The translations under genes and the position numbers were made by a program. Below are positions 18,489 through 26,406 of a stretch of 64,000 nucleotides of DNA, in pieces. The stretch's first letter is position 1. Each line of letters opens with the position of its first letter. Origin of the DNA: Gemmatimonadaceae bacterium (GTDB lineage: Bacteria; Gemmatimonadota; Gemmatimonadetes; Gemmatimonadales; Gemmatimonadaceae); NCBI GenBank assembly GCA_051859245.1, contig JBHYGA010000004.1, positions 964,030 to 1,028,029 of the forward strand, read 5' to 3'. Under the pieces are notes generated by a model that had not been told where the DNA came from, did not search any database, and saw nothing but the letters and a program-made list of their open reading frames with translations.

Positions 18489-21311
18489 TCAGAACAACCA
18501 ACGTGCTGAGAACTGCAGCTGACGCGGCGGTGCGACGGCTGAAGTGACAATCGGATCACCGGGGCGTCCCACCTGCGTGCGCGTACCGCCGCCAGGCAAT
18601 CCATTGGCGTATCCACCAGCGTTGGTGCTGTTGAACAAGTTGAACGCGTCGGCACGCAGCTCAATGCCCTGATTTCTCACGCGCAGTTCGTACGATACAC
18701 TCGCGCTGGTAAACAGCGCACTCGGCAGCCGCTCACCGTTGCGCGACACGCCAAAGAAACGATCCTGGTTGCCGAGAAATCCGTTGCCGAACGTATCACC
18801 AGAACCATCAAGATCGCGGAAGAATGCGATGCGATTAATCGGCTGACCCGTCTGCCAATCCGCTACACCAGAGAGTGACAGCCGCCGGAATCCGGTGTAC
18901 GTGGCGCGCATGGCAATGCGATGACGGCGATCGTTGATCGCGTCGGCCCACTCGGCATCAAAGTTGTTGCCCTGTGTGGCGTTAAAGTTGATGTCTTCGG
19001 TGTTTGTGCGCGCGCGTGACCAGATCCAGTTTGCATCAATGAGCCACGCGTCGTCAGCGGCCCAGCGAGCGGTCGTGTACAAACCGGCGTATGTGGAGCG
19101 CCCACCACTCTCGGTGGTGGTGCGACGGCGGAAACCACCGTTTACCGGCGCCACTGGTCGGAATGCGTCGCCGGTGGCGACGGACAGGCTGATCGTGTCT
19201 GCGGGTCCGATGCCGCGCGTGCTGGCATTCAGATCCCACGAACGCGGCAGGTTGCGCGTATCGACGTACACAGCGTCCATGCCAATCGCGACTCGTGTGC
19301 CGATCTGCTGTTGCCAACCGCCGGTAAACTGGCGGCTCATCGGCTGCTCAAGTCCGAGCGCAAACAGCTCGCGCACTTCGCCCGGTGGCAACTGACTGCG
19401 ATCAAGTGTCGCCGTGCGCGGGCCCTGCAGATACGCCGGCGCGTTCGCACCGTCAAACGTGACCGTTTGATTGCCATCGGGTCCGAACTGAATGGCGTCG
19501 GAGTACACGGCGTACGGAAACTTGCCGGCGTACAAACCAGCGCCCGCGCGAAGGACGGACGACGGACCAACGAGCCAGTTGACGGAGGCGCGGGGTTGCC
19601 AGTTGTTCAGATCAGGCGAACTCTGTCCACGCGATGTGAGGTCGTCGTAGTCCCAACGCACGCCAAGTGTGAGCGTGAGGGCGGGCGACAGACGCCACGC
19701 GTCTTCAATGAACGCTCCAACAAGTGTTTGCGACAAGTCGACCTGTTTCTGTGCGGCGTCTACGGTGTAGCTGAGCACGCGTACGTTCTGCGGCACGTCG
19801 GCAAATGCGAACCGATTGCCGCGCTGCGGAATATTGCCTTCGTCAAGTACCACATAGGAGCCGGACGGATTCGTTTGCGAGCCGGCGAGTCTGAAGTTCG
19901 AGCGCCAGCCATCGCCGCCAATTCGCAACTGATGTTTGTCGCCGATGAACGTTTCAAACACGTTGCGCAACTGCAGCTGCGTTTCGGATTCGTCAAACAC
20001 GAAGTTACTTGAACCCACCACGCCGACCGACACGGTATCAATGCCTTGTACGCGACGAATCGTGACCTGGGGAATCGAAAAACTGCTCTGCGCCGGCGGA
20101 AAATTCCATCGGAACGAACCAAGTTGCGCCGCGAACACGTTGCTGGCGCGCCCGTTGCGCAAGGCTGATCGATGCAACAACGCAGTGACCGTGCCAATGC
20201 GCTGCGTGACGATGTCCGCCTCAGGCGCAACAATGCCGCTGCCTCGACCTTCGCGATCAATCCGACTGGCCGCAATACGCAACGTGGTGGTCTGATTGGG
20301 CGACCAGCCATGATCCACACGCCCGAACGCCTTCACCGTGCCACGCACCTCTCGGCCAGTAAACGTAGTGTTCGCGGTTGATGCAATGCGATCTTCGTTC
20401 TCGTTGGTGTATTCGATGGCTCCAAACACAAATGTTTGATCGGCGCGAAGCGGACCGCCGCCGGCCGCACCAATCTGTGAGCGACGGAATCCTTCCTGCG
20501 CGCGACGGAAGTCTTCCGGATTCTGGCCTGCCGGTACAATCGCGGAGCGCGCATCGACCGGTAATCCCGGGCGATTGTACACAAACGCCTCACCCTGCCA
20601 CGTCGAACCACCCGAGCGTGTTTCCATATTCACCACGCCGTTCGAACTCCGCCCGAACTCCGCGCCGTACGTGTTGGCCAGCACGCCAAAGCGCTGCAGT
20701 GCGGACAGTGGCACTTCCACGCGTGCGCCGCCGAGAAAGCCTTCGTTGTTCTCAAGTCCGTCGAGCGAGTACTGCGTGTACAACGCGTTCGCACCATTGA
20801 TGGACAGGCGCGGTGCGTCGCCGAAGAATCCGGTCGCGGTGGAAACGCCAGGAATGGTGTACGCGAGCGCGATGGGATCACGCGAGTCGGTCGGCAGTCG
20901 CTCCAGCTCAGTGCGCTCCACTGTGCCGCCAGTAGTTGCGTTTTCGGTGTTCAGCAGCGGGCGTGGCAACGGGGCCACCACAGACACAACACCCAGCGAA
21001 GCAAGGGGGCGAAGTGTGAGTGCGATGACCCGTGCATTGGCCTTGTTGGATGCGTCAATGCGAACCGAGTCTGGCAGAAAGCCGAGCGCGCGCACCACAA
21101 CGAAGCCTGCGGATGTATTCGCAACGGCGAGTGCAAAACGACCGGCTGAGTCAGACGTTGCTGCTTCAGTCAGCATCGTAATCTGCGCGCCGCGTATAGG
21201 CAGTCCTGCTGCCGAACGCACGACGCCTGTGACAGCGCCGGTGGTTTGCGCAGAGAGAATGAACGGCGCGCACAGCGCGGCCACGAACAGTGCACACTTT
21301 GGCAACATCAT
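18489..21311 (-). CDS. TonB-dependent receptor with N-terminal carboxypeptidase-regulatory-like domain
   Basis: Signal peptide, GAVTGVVRSAAG domain, plug motif YGAEFGRSSNGVVNMETRSGG, beta-barrel ending PRQLQFSARWLF. Confidence 0.9.
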   Translation of the reverse strand: MMLPKCALFVAALCAPFILSAQTTGAVTGVVRSAAGLPIRGAQITMLTEAATSDSAGRFALAVANTSAGFVVVRALGFLPDSVRIDASNKANARVIALTLRPLASLGVVSVVAPLPRPLLNTENATTGGTVERTELERLPTDSRDPIALAYTIPGVSTATGFFGDAPRLSINGANALYTQYSLDGLENNEGFLGGARVEVPLSALQRFGVLANTYGAEFGRSSNGVVNMETRSGGSTWQGEAFVYNRPGLPVDARSAIVPAGQNPEDFRRAQEGFRRSQIGAAGGGPLRADQTFVFGAIEYTNENEDRIASTANTTFTGREVRGTVKAFGRVDHGWSPNQTTTLRIAASRIDREGRGSGIVAPEADIVTQRIGTVTALLHRSALRNGRASNVFAAQLGSFRWNFPPAQSSFSIPQVTIRRVQGIDTVSVGVVGSSNFVFDESETQLQLRNVFETFIGDKHQLRIGGDGWRSNFRLAGSQTNPSGSYVVLDEGNIPQRGNRFAFADVPQNVRVLSYTVDAAQKQVDLSQTLVGAFIEDAWRLSPALTLTLGVRWDYDDLTSRGQSSPDLNNWQPRASVNWLVGPSSVLRAGAGLYAGKFPYAVYSDAIQFGPDGNQTVTFDGANAPAYLQGPRTATLDRSQLPPGEVRELFALGLEQPMSRQFTGGWQQQIGTRVAIGMDAVYVDTRNLPRSWDLNASTRGIGPADTISLSVATGDAFRPVAPVNGGFRRRTTTESGGRSTYAGLYTTARWAADDAWLIDANWIWSRARTNTEDINFNATQGNNFDAEWADAINDRRHRIAMRATYTGFRRLSLSGVADWQTGQPINRIAFFRDLDGSGDTFGNGFLGNQDRFFGVSRNGERLPSALFTSASVSYELRVRNQGIELRADAFNLFNSTNAGGYANGLPGGGTRTQVGRPGDPIVTSAVAPPRQLQFSARWLF

Positions 21312-21414
21312 GATGGAGGCGTTCGGAATGGTTCCGCGGCACAGCGTACCGCTGGATCAAAGACAACGGCGTGGTGGATGTACGATCCAAAGGCTGAGCC
21401 CGGATCTCCCGCGG

Positions 21415-21696
21415 TCAGCTACCCTCGTAGCCTTCCGCGCGCAGCCTGGCCAGTACGCCATCGCGTGCGGCGGCCGCGCTGTCGGGTGTATCGCGCACCT
21501 GAGCCAGTGCGTCAATCACAATCTGTCCAAAGTTTGCGTGCGGAAAGCAATGAGAGCAGCGAGCCACATGCGCGCGCACTGCCGCTTCATTTGCGGTATC
21601 GAGGTGGCCGTCCAGATAGTCCCACAGCATGCGGACGGCGGTTCCGCAATCGAGTGACGGCGTGTCGAGCGCGGCGTGATCAGTATTCGAAATCAT
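21415..21696 (-). CDS. Zinc-finger (zf-HC2/ZAS) anti-sigma factor
   Basis: 93 aa, soluble. LDC...LWDYLDGHL...HVARCSHC (HxxxCxxC). ATGA overlap with the sigma stop. Confidence 0.9.
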   Translation of the reverse strand: MISNTDHAALDTPSLDCGTAVRMLWDYLDGHLDTANEAAVRAHVARCSHCFPHANFGQIVIDALAQVRDTPDSAAAARDGVLARLRAEGYEGS

Positions 21697-22271
21697 GTGG
21701 ACTCCTCCTCAGCGTGTACCGGCACAATGCCGGCTTCTCGCGCGTGTTCAAGCAACGCCGTTTGCAGCAGACGGCGCGCACGGAACAGTCTTGAGCGCAC
21801 CGTACCAACGGGAATGTCGAGCACTGTAGCCGCCTCGGCGTACGGCAGCTCCTGCAGCTCTACCAGTTCGACAACTTCGCGGAACGCTTCGGGCAAGGCC
21901 GCGATGGCGAGATTGATGGCCGGACGAAGGTCGGCATCACTGAGGCGCTGCAGCACATCGTCCGGTGCACCGAGCGAGTAGTTGTCGTCGGCCAGCGCCT
22001 GCAAAGTATCATCTTCTACCGGCACAAGACGCGCGTCTCGCGGCGCCCGTTTCCGCCACGCATTGCGCGCAATCGTGAACAACCACGCCCGCGCCTCACT
22101 GCCCTGTCTGAACGACTCCCAGTGTCGCCAGGCGCGCAAATACGTCTCCTGCACAAGATCTTCCGCGTCGGACTCATCGCGCGTGAGTGAGCGCGCGAAT
22201 CGTGTTACGTCGGGAAGCCAACGCAGTGCGATGTCGTGAAAGGCGATGTGTTTGTCAACCGGTATTTCCAC
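21693..22271 (-). CDS. ECF sigma factor (SigH/SigR-like)
   Basis: DAEDLVQETYLRAW...AWLFTIARN and region 4 YAEAATVLDIPVGTVRSRLFRAR. Confidence 0.93.
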   Translation of the reverse strand: MEIPVDKHIAFHDIALRWLPDVTRFARSLTRDESDAEDLVQETYLRAWRHWESFRQGSEARAWLFTIARNAWRKRAPRDARLVPVEDDTLQALADDNYSLGAPDDVLQRLSDADLRPAINLAIAALPEAFREVVELVELQELPYAEAATVLDIPVGTVRSRLFRARRLLQTALLEHAREAGIVPVHAEEEST

Positions 22272-23004
22272 GCCGTACCCTTTGCACCAATGATGGTAAG
22301 AACGACAACGCGAGCAGCAGTACAGACGCGATAATCAAGTTGGTGCGCGCCGTAGCCGACGCGCCACTCACGCCGCCCACGAGACTGCCCGCGAAATACG
22401 TATAAATGATCGTGCCCGGCAAAATTCCCAATCCGGTCGCCGCGATGTACGGACGGATCGGGATACCCGACAGCGCGGCGGTAAAGCTCAACGCATTGAA
22501 CGGAATCACGGGCAACAGGCGCAGCCGAAACAGCGTGCTGAATCCACGTTTACCAGCCAGCAGGTCGAGTCTGGCAGCCTGGCCACCGAGCAGTTTCCGC
22601 AACGCGTCCCCACCCAACGTTCGTGCGAGCAGGTAGGTGCCAGTGGCCCCGATCGTGGCGCCCAGCCAGTTCAGTCCCGAGCCGAGCGCCGTGCCAAACA
22701 GAATGCCACCGGCAAGGGTGAACGGGGTCGCCGGTAAGCCAAACGTCGCCACCACGATGTACACCAGCACAAAGACCACGTGGATGTACGGGATCTCGCG
22801 CGCTCGCTCGATCGCCGCGAGCAACGCCGCCGGATCTCGTAGATCGAGCAGACCGGCGCGTGAGGCTGCGTAGCCGGCCGCCGCGAGTACCAGCGCGAGT
22901 ATGCCGAGGCGCACGAACGCGGATGAGCGCGAGGATTTCGCGGGTGCTGCCTGCGCTGCACCCGCAGCGTCATCACGTTGCATCTCGCTCACCGTGTCAC
23001 TCAT
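22255..23004 (-). CDS. TVP38/TMEM64 (SNARE-associated, DedA superfamily; YdjX/YdjZ-like) membrane protein
   Basis: LPATPFTLAGGILFG, RLLPVIPFNALSF, ATGLGILPGT motifs. Confidence 0.9.
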   Translation of the reverse strand: MSDTVSEMQRDDAAGAAQAAPAKSSRSSAFVRLGILALVLAAAGYAASRAGLLDLRDPAALLAAIERAREIPYIHVVFVLVYIVVATFGLPATPFTLAGGILFGTALGSGLNWLGATIGATGTYLLARTLGGDALRKLLGGQAARLDLLAGKRGFSTLFRLRLLPVIPFNALSFTAALSGIPIRPYIAATGLGILPGTIIYTYFAGSLVGGVSGASATARTNLIIASVLLLALSFLPSLVQRVRRGNTG

Positions 23005-24533
23005 GTGGTCGCCCGAAAGAACGCCGCGAACACACGTTTGGCGGTCGGTGTGAGTCGGCCTCGATTGTACTGATCAGCAGCGCGACCAAAGATCGCGGCG
23101 CGCGTTGGATACGGGCGGATGGTTCCGCCGAACGAACGCAACCCATCACCGCGCTTCATGGCGCTCACCACCTCGCCGATCATGTCACCGGCACCTTCGC
23201 ACACGAGCGTGGCGCCCAGAATCTGATCGGTTCCACGCGCGAGATGCACGCGAAAAAATCCTTCGGTATCGCCTTCGAGGATGGCACGATCATTGTCGTG
23301 CATGGGCATCGTGATGGTGTCAAACGCCGTGCCCGCACGTTCAAGCGCGTCGCTGGTTTTTCCAACGTGCGCCACTTCAGGTGAGGTGTACGTCGTCCAT
23401 GGAATGATCAACGAGGATGCCTTGCCGCCACCCAACCCAAAGAAGAGCGCGTTCGGCACCGCGAGTCGCGCTTGCGCATCGGCGGCGTGCGTAAACTGGA
23501 ACGAAGAGGACACATCACCAATCGCAAACACACTCGCGTTGGTGGTGCGAAATTTTTCGTCAACGGTTACGCCAGTTTTGGAGAACTGCACACCAGCGGC
23601 GTCAAGACCGAGACCATCGGTGTTTGGCGTGCGACCTGCAGCGACCAGCAACGCGTCCACCGTAATTGCAATGCGCTGTCCGTCGCGTGTGGCTTGCACC
23701 GTTGTGACGTCGCCCTGGCGCTCCACCTGAGAGATCGTGACGCCATGGTGAAATACCACACCATCGCGCGCGAGCGACGCCTCCACCACACGGGCGGCAT
23801 CCGCGTCATCGCGCGGCATCGCGCGCGCATCGGCGTTGAGCACGGTGACGGTGCTACCGAACCGTGCAAACGACTGCGCGAGCTCGAGACCAATTGGCCC
23901 GGCACCAATGATGGCCAGTCGCTCCGGCCGTTCGGTGAGCGAAAAGACGGTCTCGTTGGTGAGCGGTCTGGCTTCAGCAAGACCAGAAATAGGTGGCAGC
24001 GCTGCGCGGGCGCCCGTCGCAATGATGGCGCGTCGAAAACGCAGCGTTTGCCCAGCAACTTCGATAGCATTACGTCCGGTAAACGTTGCGTCACCGAGGA
24101 ACACATCCACACCGAGCGAAGCAAACCGCGGCGCACCGTCCACTGGTGCAATGCCGGCGCGCAGCCTGCGCAATCGCTCCATCACAGCGCCAAAATCGCC
24201 GTCGCCGACTGCTGCCGGTCCGCCAAACTCGGCCTGCGCCGAACGCGCCTGATGCCACGCACGCGATGCGCGCAGCACGGCCTTCGATGGAACACACCCC
24301 ACATTGAGGCAATCGCCACCGAGCAGATGACGCTCGATCAGCGCCACACGTGCGCCGAGTCCGGCGGCAATCGCGGCGCTGACCAGCCCCGCCGTTCCGC
24401 CACCGATCACCACCAGTTGATACCGGTCGGCGGCGGTGGGATTCTGCCACGACGGCGGATGGACGTGCGAAATGAGTGCACGATTGTGCACGTCATCGGG
24501 AAGCATGAGGGGGGTGTCGGCCATGTGTGTCAT
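23001..24533 (-). CDS. Mercuric-reductase-like FAD/NAD(P) disulfide oxidoreductase
   Basis: GGGTAG FAD motif, GGDCLNVGCVPSK redox disulfide, GAGPIGLE NAD motif. No NmerA domain or C-terminal Cys-Cys. Confidence 0.9.
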   Translation of the reverse strand: MTHMADTPLMLPDDVHNRALISHVHPPSWQNPTAADRYQLVVIGGGTAGLVSAAIAAGLGARVALIERHLLGGDCLNVGCVPSKAVLRASRAWHQARSAQAEFGGPAAVGDGDFGAVMERLRRLRAGIAPVDGAPRFASLGVDVFLGDATFTGRNAIEVAGQTLRFRRAIIATGARAALPPISGLAEARPLTNETVFSLTERPERLAIIGAGPIGLELAQSFARFGSTVTVLNADARAMPRDDADAARVVEASLARDGVVFHHGVTISQVERQGDVTTVQATRDGQRIAITVDALLVAAGRTPNTDGLGLDAAGVQFSKTGVTVDEKFRTTNASVFAIGDVSSSFQFTHAADAQARLAVPNALFFGLGGGKASSLIIPWTTYTSPEVAHVGKTSDALERAGTAFDTITMPMHDNDRAILEGDTEGFFRVHLARGTDQILGATLVCEGAGDMIGEVVSAMKRGDGLRSFGGTIRPYPTRAAIFGRAADQYNRGRLTPTAKRVFAAFFRATT

Positions 24534-24587
24534 ACGCTCAGACGTAGTGTGACGGATGCCTGAGAGTTCCCTGCGGCGTCCGATGCG

Positions 24588-25199
24588 TCAATCCACGCGT
24601 GGTTCGGACTGTCGCCAGCGATACACATCTTCCGGCGTATCCAGATCCATCGCCCCGCCCGGAAGTGGCACGGCGGTCTCGTTACCGCGCAGCAGCGAAC
24701 GCGCACCGCGATCTCCCTTGAGTGACGCGAGCAACGGCCATTCGCTCCGCGGCCAGATGGCCGGAATGCCACAGACATCATCGTACTTGGACACCACGCG
24801 TCCACCATGGTTCGCATGCGCATCCAGCAGCGCGCGCACATGTGCAACATCAACGGACGGTTGGTCGCAGGTGAGCAGCATCATGGCGGTGGCAGCGCTC
24901 GGTTCGACCACCTGCAGACCCACGCGAATGGATCCCGACATGCCCTCGGCCCATTCGGCGTTCTCTGCGTAGGTAACAGATGCGCTATCGTGCAGCGCAT
25001 CACGAAGCACCTCGCGCACACTCTCCGCATACGCGCCGAGTACGACGACCACTGGCGCGCATCCACCAGCGATTGCATCACGCACCAGTCGGACCAGCAA
25101 CGCCTCACCACTGGCATCCCGCAACAGTTGCTTGGCCGATCCCATCCGACGAGACGCACCAGCCGCCAGCAGCACCGCCGCCACGGAGCGAGTGCTCAC
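24588..25199 (-). CDS. MocA/YgfJ-like nucleotidyltransferase (molybdenum cofactor cytidylyltransferase family)
   Basis: LLAAGASRRMGSAKQLL, GMSGSI, GDRGAR, DLDTPED. GTG 25199 directly follows the XdhC stop; track start 25604 overlaps XdhC. Confidence 0.88.
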   Translation of the reverse strand: MSTRSVAAVLLAAGASRRMGSAKQLLRDASGEALLVRLVRDAIAGGCAPVVVVLGAYAESVREVLRDALHDSASVTYAENAEWAEGMSGSIRVGLQVVEPSAATAMMLLTCDQPSVDVAHVRALLDAHANHGGRVVSKYDDVCGIPAIWPRSEWPLLASLKGDRGARSLLRGNETAVPLPGGAMDLDTPEDVYRWRQSEPRVD

Positions 25200-25200
25200 G

Positions 25201-26403
25201 CTATCGACGCTCGCGCGGAGCAACCGTTGGCGTGGCGCAGGTCGCGTTGGTCTGTTCGCTGGCCAACTTTGGTGTGTCGGTGCGTGTGTGCAGCGGCGCC
25301 TGACGCTCGCGTAGCGAACCACCCGGTCGCGACTGCAACACTGCTTGCATCTCTGCAATCGCGGCCAGCGCCACCTCGTCTGGTGACTCACCGCCGATGT
25401 CGAGTCCGATCGGTGCAAAGAGACGCGCCCGATCACGCGCGCGCATCGCCGGCTTTGCGTCGAGCAATGAGCGCACCAAACGACCCGCGCGCTGACGTGA
25501 GCCCAACACACCCACGTATGGTGAGTCGGTGGCCAATGCAGCCTGCAGCCACGCCAGATCGGCCTCGAAGCGGTGGGTACAGAGCGCGAACATCGTGCGC
25601 GCATCGACCGGACACAAGTGCGCCTTCATCGCATCCGACGCGTTCTCTGGCGTAATGTGCACGAGCTGAACAGCGCCTGGCAGCGCGAGTTCATTAAGGA
25701 GTGCGGTGCGATCGTCAATTACGGTCACACGCCAGCCGGTGGCGACCGCGATCCGGGCAAACGATTCCGCACCGCGTGACGCACCAACCACGATGACATG
25801 CACCGGTGGTCGTACCGGTGCGCCAAACGTTCGCTCGAGTCCGCTCGACGTGGTTTGTTGTCCGAGATACGGTTGATCCGTATGTCGCACCGTATCCTGC
25901 ACACGTGCATTCGTTTCTGATCGTAGTGCCAATGCTGGCGCTGCGTCGCGAACAAACACGGTTCGGCCAATGCATGAAGCGTCCGCAGACTCGATCGTGG
26001 TGAGCAACACACCACTTTGTCGCAACTCGGCGCTGCTGCACGCCGCTTCGAGTTCGCGCAGGTCTGGGAGCGGCGCAAGCATGATATGCGCGACGCCTTC
26101 ACAGCCGGAGCCAAAACCCCAGATGGTTTCGAGATCTTCGCGCAGATCGTACGCCATGAGTGAGGCTTCACCACGCGCGCACACCGCAGTGGCGCGCAGG
26201 GCCACATCGCCTTCAAGGCAGCCACCGCTGATCGCGCCGGCGAGCACGCGCCCCTCTGCGTCGCACAGCATGCGCGCACCGGGCTGGCGATATGACGATC
26301 CGTCAACCGCCACCAGCGTGGCGAGCGCCAGTGGTACGCCCGGACGCGAAACAACCGCTGAGCGCGCCGCTGTAATCAGCGCGACGAGTTCGGTGTGCGT
26401 CAC
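25201..26403 (-). CDS. XdhC/CoxI family molybdoenzyme maturation factor
   Basis: GSSYRQPGARM, ISGGCLE, GSGCEG, YVGVLGS, APIGLDIGGESPDEVAL. Confidence 0.92.
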   Translation of the reverse strand: MTHTELVALITAARSAVVSRPGVPLALATLVAVDGSSYRQPGARMLCDAEGRVLAGAISGGCLEGDVALRATAVCARGEASLMAYDLREDLETIWGFGSGCEGVAHIMLAPLPDLRELEAACSSAELRQSGVLLTTIESADASCIGRTVFVRDAAPALALRSETNARVQDTVRHTDQPYLGQQTTSSGLERTFGAPVRPPVHVIVVGASRGAESFARIAVATGWRVTVIDDRTALLNELALPGAVQLVHITPENASDAMKAHLCPVDARTMFALCTHRFEADLAWLQAALATDSPYVGVLGSRQRAGRLVRSLLDAKPAMRARDRARLFAPIGLDIGGESPDEVALAAIAEMQAVLQSRPGGSLRERQAPLHTRTDTPKLASEQTNATCATPTVAPRERR

Positions 26404-26406
26404 GAG

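Noticed and set aside
21312..21414. Riboswitch (TPP or cobalamin) ahead of the TonB receptor
   Set aside because: Only about 100 nt, and I could not find the conserved cores. An Rfam scan would settle it.
23001..24533. merA / mercury resistance operon
   Set aside because: No C-terminal Cys-Cys, no NmerA domain, no merR/T/P neighbours.
24588..26403. Selenium-dependent molybdenum hydroxylase (yqeB/yqeC) system or selenoprotein readthrough
   Set aside because: No yqeB, yqeC or selD recognised, and no in-frame TGA with continued homology was noticed.
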